A stretch of 64,000 bases of DNA. It comes from Spirochaetota bacterium (lineage in GTDB: Bacteria > Spirochaetota > Spirochaetia > ARS1246). Positions 16,709 through 24,395 of the stretch are shown piece by piece. Made by a program: the position numbers and the translations under genes. The first letter of the stretch is position 1, and each line of letters begins with the position of its first letter. The notes under the pieces are model-generated. The model saw only the letters and a program-made list of their open reading frames with translations, was not told the origin of the DNA and did no database searches. Where the stretch lies: NCBI GenBank assembly GCA_024275515.1, contig JAJRYZ010000244.1, forward strand, positions 1,140-65,139, written 5' to 3'.

Positions 16709-19462
16709 GTGGCGAAAAAGCGAGAGGGAATCGAACACGCGAAGCGCGTGGTCGGCAACTCCCGCGCGACCCGCGAGGAGCTACGCGACGAGCTGAGAAA
16801 GCTCATCGACGCCTACGAACGGCGACTCGATCGTTCGCGACGGGAATCATCATCCGGACATGGGCAACCGCGAGCGATACGGAAAATCAAAGTCGCGAAC
16901 GGCGTCTACTGGGTCGAAATTCCCGAGGCCGACCTTCGGATCCTCTGCGGCTGTCCGGCCGACGTGGTGAAGCTGTTGATCAAGCGGGGACTTATTATCA
17001 ACGCCGAAAGAGGTGGGGTCACTTTCGAAACGGGTCCGAACGCGATTCTCCTCTCCGACGTCATGATCCAGAACGGCCAGATTGCAAACCTCGCCGAGTT
17101 TCCGGTGCTGCAGATGCTCTATCGGCAGGGGATGCTTCTGCCGAATCACCCCAACAATACCGGAGCGAAACCCATTCTTATCGGGCTCGAGGAGGTCCTC
17201 CGTGCGCAGAGCCGCTATATCTATCGGGGGAACTACGGCCTGATTTCGGAGAAGGAGATCGAAGGCGCGGGAGTGGACCGCCGGCGAGCGGCCGAAATGA
17301 TGCGGCTGAAGCGGCGGTTCGCCTTCGACTCGATCCGAACCACCGAAGAGCTTATCGACTTGCGGATCGTCGATCGCGACGTGGTTCCGTTGTTCGAGAA
17401 TGTGTTTCTTCATCGCTTTGGAGTAAACCGCTACGAAATCATATGGAAGGGACAACACGTCGAAATCGATCTGAATCTGACTCCACAGGAGGAATACGAG
17501 TCTTCCTACCGGCTGGGCGATCACCGAATCGACAAAGAGTACTTTTCGGTGGTCCATATCGGAGAAGGCGACGGGTGGGACGTGAACCGTCCCTGCATGG
17601 CGAGCCTGTTGACCTATCAAGATCGGTTCTATTTGATCGACGCCGGTCCGAAGGTCATGAACAGTCTCATGGCGCTCGGAATAAGCATCAACGAGATAGA
17701 CGGTATTTTTCACACTCACGCTCACGACGACCACTTCGCCGGTCTCGCGGCTCTGCTCCGATCCGATCATCGCCTCACGTACTACACCACGCCGCTCGTA
17801 CGGACTTCGGTCACGAAGAAACTGTCGGCCCTCATGTCGATCGACGAGTCGAGTTTCGACAAATACTTCGACGTGCGCGACCTGGCGGCTGAGAAGTGGA
17901 ACGATATCGACGGTCTGGAGGTGATGCCGGTCTATTCGCCTCACCCCGTGGAGACGAACATCTTTCGGTTCAGGGTCCGTTGGCGCGACGGCTATCGATC
18001 GTACGCCCATCTCGCCGATATCGCGAGTTGTTCGGTGTTGATGAATATGGTCACCGACGATCCCGAACGCAGCGGGCTCGACCATGAGTCGTTCGAACGT
18101 ACGCGGTCGTCGTACCTAATCCCTGCGGATCTGAAGAAGATAGACATCGGCGGCGGGTTGATCCACGGCGACGCCGAAGACTTCGAGAACGATCGTTCGG
18201 CAAAGATCCTGCTGGCCCACGTGGAGCGTCCACTCACCGAGGCGCAGCGTGAAATCGGATCAAACGCGTCGTTCGGCACACAGGACGTACTCATCCCGTC
18301 GGTTCGCGACACGATTGTCGACGAGGCGTTCGAGTACCTGCACTCCTACTATGCGCAAGCGCCCGCCCACGAACTGGCCGCGCTGACCAACTATCCAATT
18401 CAGGAGTTCAACGCGGGAACGATCATGATCCGCAAGGGGGATAAGTGCGATTCGGTCTATTTGGTCATTCGCGGAGTGGTGGAGGCGCTCGATGTAAAAT
18501 CCGGGCTGTCGGTGCGGATGACCGCCGGTTCGCTCGTCGGAGAAACTGCGGGCCTCGAAGGAGACATGAGCGCGATGACCTACCGCACGTCGAGCTACGT
18601 CAAAGCGCTTCGGATTCCCCTGCGCCATTTCGCCGATTTTATTCGCCGAAACGACTTGTACGAGTCGATGCTTAGCGTCCACGAACGGATCGAGTTTCTC
18701 CGATCAAACCGATTGTTCGACGAGGCGGTCTCGTACCAGACGCTCTACGCGATCGCTCAGACGATGGTGAAGGTCGACCTCGACGCGGGCGCCGTCATCG
18801 CCGAGGAGGTTGCCGGTTGCATCTTTCTCATTACCGCCTGGTCGGTGCGCTTGTACGCGGACGACCGCGAGTTCGAGTTGCTCGGCGAGGGTGACGTGTG
18901 CGGCGAGGCGTGCATGCTTATGGGCGATTCGAAGGTCATTTCGGCGGTGACCGCGTCCAAAACATCCGGGTTCACGATTCCGGCCGATTCAATCGAGAGC
19001 ATTCCGATTGTCCGATGGAAGCTGCTCGAGCTGTTCAATCGACGCATTCGGAAGCTGACCACGTTCGTCGGGCTGGTGTGGCACGACGAATACCGTCTCG
19101 ACAACGGCGTAATCGACGAACAGCATCGGGGGCTCTTCGAAACGGTGAAAAGCGTGTACGCGGAGGCCGAACGCGGCGCCGTTTCCGAAAAGATTCGACC
19201 GGTCCTAGATCTTTTGCGGGAGCGGATAAAGCACCATTTCATCACCGAGGAGGAAGCGCTCCAATCGATCGGCTATCCGGAGCTCGACTCGCACCGAGCG
19301 GCGCACGAGGAGGCGTTCGATCGCCTCGCGCGTTTTGTCGAGAGGATCGGGAATGAAAGCGATCGGGTCGAGGTTCAACAGCTCGCGTTCCTGAAGAACT
19401 GGTTGGTGCAGCATATGTTGATAGAAGACGCCGGATTCCGCGCGTTCGTTCAGCAGCAGTGA
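16709..19462 (+). CDS. multidomain signalling protein: unassigned N-terminal region, MBL-fold hydrolase core, two cNMP-binding modules, C-terminal hemerythrin
   Basis: MBL motif FHTHAHDDHFAGL. cNMP module 1 has GSLVGETAGL...YRTSS. Module 2 is degenerate. Hemerythrin ligand blocks IDEQH / HHFITEE / SHRAAH / QHMLIED are present. GTG 16709 is preceded by AGGGAG. The track ORF begins at TTG 16577. Confidence 0.8.
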   Translation: MAKKREGIEHAKRVVGNSRATREELRDELRKLIDAYERRLDRSRRESSSGHGQPRAIRKIKVANGVYWVEIPEADLRILCGCPADVVKLLIKRGLIINAERGGVTFETGPNAILLSDVMIQNGQIANLAEFPVLQMLYRQGMLLPNHPNNTGAKPILIGLEEVLRAQSRYIYRGNYGLISEKEIEGAGVDRRRAAEMMRLKRRFAFDSIRTTEELIDLRIVDRDVVPLFENVFLHRFGVNRYEIIWKGQHVEIDLNLTPQEEYESSYRLGDHRIDKEYFSVVHIGEGDGWDVNRPCMASLLTYQDRFYLIDAGPKVMNSLMALGISINEIDGIFHTHAHDDHFAGLAALLRSDHRLTYYTTPLVRTSVTKKLSALMSIDESSFDKYFDVRDLAAEKWNDIDGLEVMPVYSPHPVETNIFRFRVRWRDGYRSYAHLADIASCSVLMNMVTDDPERSGLDHESFERTRSSYLIPADLKKIDIGGGLIHGDAEDFENDRSAKILLAHVERPLTEAQREIGSNASFGTQDVLIPSVRDTIVDEAFEYLHSYYAQAPAHELAALTNYPIQEFNAGTIMIRKGDKCDSVYLVIRGVVEALDVKSGLSVRMTAGSLVGETAGLEGDMSAMTYRTSSYVKALRIPLRHFADFIRRNDLYESMLSVHERIEFLRSNRLFDEAVSYQTLYAIAQTMVKVDLDAGAVIAEEVAGCIFLITAWSVRLYADDREFELLGEGDVCGEACMLMGDSKVISAVTASKTSGFTIPADSIESIPIVRWKLLELFNRRIRKLTTFVGLVWHDEYRLDNGVIDEQHRGLFETVKSVYAEAERGAVSEKIRPVLDLLRERIKHHFITEEEALQSIGYPELDSHRAAHEEAFDRLARFVERIGNESDRVEVQQLAFLKNWLVQHMLIEDAGFRAFVQQQ

Positions 19463-19470
19463 GGAAAACA

Positions 19471-20646
19471 ATGGGAAGAAAGCTCCACATTACGGGCATC
19501 GAAGTTACCCAGTTCACGTGGGTACTTGAAGCGATCGCGAAGGACGATTACTACAACGGTTTCAACCTCGTCTACACACCCGGAGAACGGCAGGAAATGT
19601 CGGGCCATATCCTTCAGGTGCGGACGTCTGCCGGAATTACCGGCACGTTCATCGGCGGGTCGAAAGGCGACTATGCGCAAATGGAGATGTATGCCGAGTA
19701 TCTGGTCGGACGGAATCCACTCGAACGTGAGTTGATCCATAACGATCTGAAACGCGCGCTCAGAAAACTCGATCGGACGAGCGTCGGTCTCGTCGATATC
19801 GCTCTGTGGGACATCGCGGGAAGGCTCTACGACGCTCCGATTTGGGAACTCCTCGGCGGCTACCGTGAACGCATTCCGGCCTACGCTTCCACTTATCACG
19901 GCGATGAGAACGGAGGCCTCGGTTCGCCGGAGGAGTTTGCCGACTTCGCCGTTACCTGCCGCGACATGGGATACCGGGCGTTCAAGATTCACGGGTGGAG
20001 CCACGCGCCAATAGCCCGCGAAGTCCGAAACGTTCTCGCCGTCCGCGAGGCCGTCGGCAAAGAAATGGACTTGATGCTCGACCCGGCCTGCGAATACGAA
20101 ACCTTCGCCGACGCTCTGCGGGTCGGCCGGGCGTGCGACGAGGCTCGGTATTTCTGGTACGAGGATCCGTTCAAAGATTCGGGCCTGTCTCATTTCGCGC
20201 AGAAACGGCTGCGGGAAATGATCGACACGCCGATCCTAATGGGGGAGCATATCCGGAGTCTCGAGCCCAAAGTCGACATGATTGTGGCGGGAGCGACCGA
20301 CTACGTGCGGGTGAATCCCACCCTCGATATGGGGATAACCGGCGCGATGAAGGTGGCGCATGCCGCCGAGGGATTCGGTCTGGATGTGGAATTCCACGCT
20401 CCGGGACCGGCGCAGCGGCACTGTCTGGCTGCGGTCCGTAACGCCAATTACTACGAACTCGGACTGGTCCATCCGAAGGCGCCCGAGTCGGCGCCGCCGG
20501 TGTATACCGACTACTCCGACGCGCTTGACGCGATCGACGCCGACGGTTCGGTGCCCGTTCCCGACGGACCCGGTTTGGGTGTGGAAATAGATTGGGACTA
20601 CGTGAGAGCGCATCAGACCGGTAGTCGAATTCTCGCGGGACGATAG
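19471..20646 (+). CDS. enolase-superfamily enzyme (mandelate racemase/muconate lactonizing family, acid-sugar dehydratase-like)
   Basis: Capping domain plus barrel, with metal-ligand contexts MDLMLDPAC, FWYEDPF and MGEH. ATG 19471 follows GAGGA. Confidence 0.85.
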   Translation: MGRKLHITGIEVTQFTWVLEAIAKDDYYNGFNLVYTPGERQEMSGHILQVRTSAGITGTFIGGSKGDYAQMEMYAEYLVGRNPLERELIHNDLKRALRKLDRTSVGLVDIALWDIAGRLYDAPIWELLGGYRERIPAYASTYHGDENGGLGSPEEFADFAVTCRDMGYRAFKIHGWSHAPIAREVRNVLAVREAVGKEMDLMLDPACEYETFADALRVGRACDEARYFWYEDPFKDSGLSHFAQKRLREMIDTPILMGEHIRSLEPKVDMIVAGATDYVRVNPTLDMGITGAMKVAHAAEGFGLDVEFHAPGPAQRHCLAAVRNANYYELGLVHPKAPESAPPVYTDYSDALDAIDADGSVPVPDGPGLGVEIDWDYVRAHQTGSRILAGR

Positions 20647-20699
20647 GCCGAATATCGATGCGCTCGACATCTACGACATAGTCGTTATCGAGTACAGGC

Positions 20700-22823
20700 T
20701 CACCTCACTCCGGCGGCCGAGGGGTCGATCGGAACGAAACCGATCTCGAAGGCCGGCGAGTCCGCAGCGAGCGTGAAGTCCCGTGCGTAGACGTCGGCGA
20801 ACTTGGGGTCGGCGAACACCGAGTGGCGGTCGTTGCCGACCGCTTGCCATCCGGCAAGATCCATCGTTGTCTCCGAATCGCGCTCGATGCATTTCACCGG
20901 GTTCCCCGACACGTCCCAGATGAGATTCAGATCGCTCGTGTGATTCGGCCTGTCGAGACTTCCCCGGTATCCGACCCGGAACAGCGCCTCGCCGTTGGAG
21001 ACGAGGATATTGCGTTCGAATCTGATCGAGCAATGCTCGTATTCGGCCCTTCCGTGCGAGAGCACCGCCGAATCGGCGAACGCGAAGATATTGTTCCGCA
21101 CGATGTTGTCCCTGCCGTAGTGCTGGTTGAATACCGCGTCGTTGGTGTCGTGGCACAGGTTGCCTTCGATCACCATGTGGCTCGATCCTTCATCCGGGTA
21201 GATGCACCACCCGCCGTAGTGCGCCTTGGTTATGTCGTGTATATGGTTTCCCCGGATCGTCGTCCCCGGCTGCACACCCAGCGTGTAAATGCCGCCCATG
21301 TCCGAAAGCAACCCCTGTCCGATTCGATGGATGTGGTTGTAGTCGATTCTGTTGTCCCGCGATACGCTCTCCATGTATCCCCACACCCATCCGGCCGAAA
21401 CGCCGGTATAGTAGTAGTCCCAGATATGGTTGTGCGAGATTTCGTTGTTGAACGCGTGCATAACGAGTATCCCGACCGCCGAATGAAACACGCGGCCGCC
21501 CGCGGAAATCTCGTTATCGGTAAACGCATGGTCGCCGGTCCTTCTGTGCACGGGGTCATAGGCCGACGCTCCGTTTGCCCTGATTCCGCCGGCGCCCGTT
21601 TGACGAATCGTGCACCGCGTAATCGCGATCGCACGCGACGCGTCGGCAATCTCGAATCCGTACCATCCGACGTTTTGCACCGTACATCCGGTGAAGCGGC
21701 AGTGTCGCGCGGCTTCCATGAACACCACCCCCGGAACGTCCGCCGCCGCCTGATTGCACGCGGCTCTGTTTCCTCTGCGGTTCCGTCGCGATTCGAACGC
21801 GGTCGGGTCTCCCGACGGGCCGACGAAGACTGCGCCGTCGGAGGCGTCGGGATGTCTCCAGTCGGTGTGCTGAAAGGTCAGGTTCTCGAATTGCAGGAAC
21901 TCGACGAACCGGTTCTCGTCCGGGCTACCCTGCAGTACGAGGAGTTGGAGCGCCCGCGGCGCCGTGATTTCGACCGCGCCGAGTTCTTCTCCCGGATGCG
22001 GAATGTAGTACACGGTTCCCGTATCGCGATCGAGATACCACTCTCCCGGCTCGGAAAACGCCTCGGAGACGTTGTCGAGATAGTAGTCGGCGAGACCCTC
22101 TCCGTGCGCCGCGAAGAGCGGCGCCGTGCTCGGCCGCGCCATAACGACTTCGCGGGTCTTCTCGTCGTAGGAGACGATTCCGGAGCGCTCCTCGATCCAG
22201 AAATGAACGTAAACGACCTCGATGTCTTCGAGATTGTCGAACGGCCGAAGATCGCCCGGCCGTGCGATGAACTTCGTGTAGTCTCTCCCCGTGTGCCAAC
22301 TCCCCCTGGAGGGAAGCCCCGGAACCGACTCCATGCGAAACAGCCCGTGCTTGGGGAACCTCGGCCGGGTTCGCCGCTCTCCGTTAACGAACAATTCTCG
22401 AAAACTCCAGCCCTTGTCGCGCGCGTCGGGGACATCGGCCGCCCAGCACTCTCTCCCCCGATAGCTCGCCGCGTGCCAGCCGGTGATTTCGATCGACCCG
22501 TCGATGACGGGTTTTTCTCCGGGGTAGGCGCGGTAGCGGACGGGCGCCGAGTCGCGGTCGTCGAAACGGATGGGCCCGGAAACGCGGTAGACCCCGCCGC
22601 GAATCCAGACGTTTATCGGTCCCCGAAGCGCCGCCGAAAGGCGCGACGCCTGCTTGCTGAAAACGAAGCTCTTCCTGCGACGTATCTCATCGCGCGCTCC
22701 CTCGATGGTCGCGAAGGGGCCGTCCGTGCCTTCCGCGTTCGGTTCGGGCAGCCTTCCCGACCATTCGTCGCCGCCGGCGGACGACACGAAAAGGTCTTCC
22801 GGCCCAAACTCTTCGTACTTCAT
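20700..22823 (-). CDS. right-handed parallel beta-helix repeat protein (putative glycan lyase/hydrolase), paralogue 1, no signal peptide
   Basis: Repetitive N-x-I/V-x-x-N turns are present, with conserved blocks YYTGVSAGWVWGY, LSDMGGIYTLGVQPGT, GGWCIYPDEGSS and NIVRNNIFAF shared with 24392-26452. The N-terminus is MKYEEFGPEDLF. Confidence 0.8.
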   Translation of the reverse strand: MKYEEFGPEDLFVSSAGGDEWSGRLPEPNAEGTDGPFATIEGARDEIRRRKSFVFSKQASRLSAALRGPINVWIRGGVYRVSGPIRFDDRDSAPVRYRAYPGEKPVIDGSIEITGWHAASYRGRECWAADVPDARDKGWSFRELFVNGERRTRPRFPKHGLFRMESVPGLPSRGSWHTGRDYTKFIARPGDLRPFDNLEDIEVVYVHFWIEERSGIVSYDEKTREVVMARPSTAPLFAAHGEGLADYYLDNVSEAFSEPGEWYLDRDTGTVYYIPHPGEELGAVEITAPRALQLLVLQGSPDENRFVEFLQFENLTFQHTDWRHPDASDGAVFVGPSGDPTAFESRRNRRGNRAACNQAAADVPGVVFMEAARHCRFTGCTVQNVGWYGFEIADASRAIAITRCTIRQTGAGGIRANGASAYDPVHRRTGDHAFTDNEISAGGRVFHSAVGILVMHAFNNEISHNHIWDYYYTGVSAGWVWGYMESVSRDNRIDYNHIHRIGQGLLSDMGGIYTLGVQPGTTIRGNHIHDITKAHYGGWCIYPDEGSSHMVIEGNLCHDTNDAVFNQHYGRDNIVRNNIFAFADSAVLSHGRAEYEHCSIRFERNILVSNGEALFRVGYRGSLDRPNHTSDLNLIWDVSGNPVKCIERDSETTMDLAGWQAVGNDRHSVFADPKFADVYARDFTLAADSPAFEIGFVPIDPSAAGVR

Positions 22824-22862
22824 ACGCGTGCTCCTCGATGGCGAAATGTGCGTCCGATCGTC

Positions 22863-24395
22863 CTACAGATAACTTTTGGTCCGTATTTCATCGAACCGAT
22901 CGGGGTTCACCTTAAGATCGTAGTTATACGTATTGTGATACCGCGTTATCCGTTGCGGCCCGACGGTCTCCGGTAGCCCGAGCACCGTCGCCGGGCGCGT
23001 CGTCGCGACGATTCTGTCGAGCAACCGTGCGCGAAGCTCGTTTACGAGTCCGTCGTTCCTTCCGTCGAGCGCGAGATTATTCATCTCCCACGGATCGGCC
23101 TCCAGGTCGTAGAGTTCGCAGAATCCGTCCGGGTAGTCGTCGGCGAACATCCGCTTCGGATAGAAGACGAAACGGTACTTATCCCAGCGAAGACTTCGGC
23201 TCCAGGCGAACTCGGTCAATCCGACGCGATCCGGATCGCCCGGATTGCCTTCGAGCATCGCCGAGATGTCGACGCCGTCGGAGGTCTCCATGAGAGGCAA
23301 TCCGGTAAGCGCGCATATCGTTTGGGAAAAATCGATGCTTTCGACGACCTCCCGGGCAACGTGTCCTTCCGCGAACCGACCCGGCCATCTCCAAATCGCC
23401 GGGACCCGGGTGATCGCGTCGGAACAGATTCCCGGCGCCTTTTCCATAATGCCGTGTTCGCACGCGTAGTCCCCGTGGTCGCTCGAATAGACGACGATCG
23501 TATTCTCCGCGAGGTCTTCCTCTTCGAGGAAGTCGAGAAGCTCGCCCACCGCGTGATCTACATGAGTGACGTTTCCGAGATACCCGTGCAGCTTTCGCAG
23601 TCGTCCGGCTTCGAAGGTCTTTGGTTCGAATAGCTGCCACTCGCTGCTCCGCCAGTGCTCCGCGGTCCGTTGCAGGTGCGGCGCCTTTCCCACCATGTCG
23701 TAATCCGAGTTGGGCGGAAGCGTCAGTTTCGACTCATCGTACAGGTCCCAGAACCGCTCGGCCGGCGTATAGCACTGGTGCGGTTTCGGAAGACTCACGT
23801 GCAGAAAGAAAGGACGGGACTCGCTCATCGCTTCGCGCATGAACCGCATCCCACGCCGGACGATCCATCCTTCCTGTCCGTCCTCGTAGGAAACCTTGCT
23901 GGGTCGTCCCTCGACGGTTTGACCTCCCCGTTTGCCGAACTCCTGCATCGCCCCGTGGTCCTCGAGGTCGGTGAGTCCGCGGTCGGCGAGATACTCGGCG
24001 TATTCCGCGCACCGTCCGCCTATGCTCGTTCCGCAGGTCTCCCGAAAAAGATCGACCGAGTCCTCGACCCAATACTCCGGACAGTGAATTTTTCCTATCG
24101 CTCCGGTCAGGTAACCGCCGCGGCCGAAATGATCGAAGATAGTCGGCAGTCCGCGAGGATTCGCCCCGCTTAGCCCGTAGTACCCGTGATTATGACAGTA
24201 CTGTCCCGAAAGCCAACTCATCCGGCTCGGCGTGCAAATCGGATTCTGCGTAATCGCGTTGTCGAATCTCACCCCCTCCGAGGCGAGTCGGTCGAGGTTC
24301 GGCGTCCGCACGTCGGGATGATTCTTGTGTCCGACGACTTTGGCGTTGTGCTGATCGGAGAGGATGTGCAGTACGTTGATTGCTCGTGAGCTCAT
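22863..24395 (-). CDS. Cys-type sulfatase (formylglycine-dependent), no signal peptide
   Basis: Signature CTPSRMSWLSGQY, preceded by NVLHILSDQH. ATG 24395 is preceded by AGGAGG. The track ORF's 59 extra codons are Arg-rich. ATGA overlap with the upstream gene's stop. Confidence 0.9.
   Translation of the reverse strand: MSSRAINVLHILSDQHNAKVVGHKNHPDVRTPNLDRLASEGVRFDNAITQNPICTPSRMSWLSGQYCHNHGYYGLSGANPRGLPTIFDHFGRGGYLTGAIGKIHCPEYWVEDSVDLFRETCGTSIGGRCAEYAEYLADRGLTDLEDHGAMQEFGKRGGQTVEGRPSKVSYEDGQEGWIVRRGMRFMREAMSESRPFFLHVSLPKPHQCYTPAERFWDLYDESKLTLPPNSDYDMVGKAPHLQRTAEHWRSSEWQLFEPKTFEAGRLRKLHGYLGNVTHVDHAVGELLDFLEEEDLAENTIVVYSSDHGDYACEHGIMEKAPGICSDAITRVPAIWRWPGRFAEGHVAREVVESIDFSQTICALTGLPLMETSDGVDISAMLEGNPGDPDRVGLTEFAWSRSLRWDKYRFVFYPKRMFADDYPDGFCELYDLEADPWEMNNLALDGRNDGLVNELRARLLDRIVATTRPATVLGLPETVGPQRITRYHNTYNYDLKVNPDRFDEIRTKSYL

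Noticed and set aside
17708-17746. A direct call of the MBL core as a class II cAMP phosphodiesterase
   Set aside because: HAHDDHFAGL matches only part of the class II PDE signature (H-x-H-L-D-H-[LIVM]-x-[GS]). The generic HxHxDH motif is shared by many MBL hydrolases and nucleases. This is kept as a hypothesis in the finding, not as an annotation.
20823-22976. A 717-aa plus-strand ORF covering the whole beta-helix gene region
   Set aside because: It is the triplet-phase-aligned antisense shadow of the minus-strand CDS: 22821 minus 20823 equals 1998, which is divisible by 3. In that phase, antisense stops arise only from sense TTA, CTA or TCA codons, which are rare in GC-rich genes. The translation is Arg/Val/Pro-rich with no motifs, whereas the minus strand shows clear beta-helix blocks.
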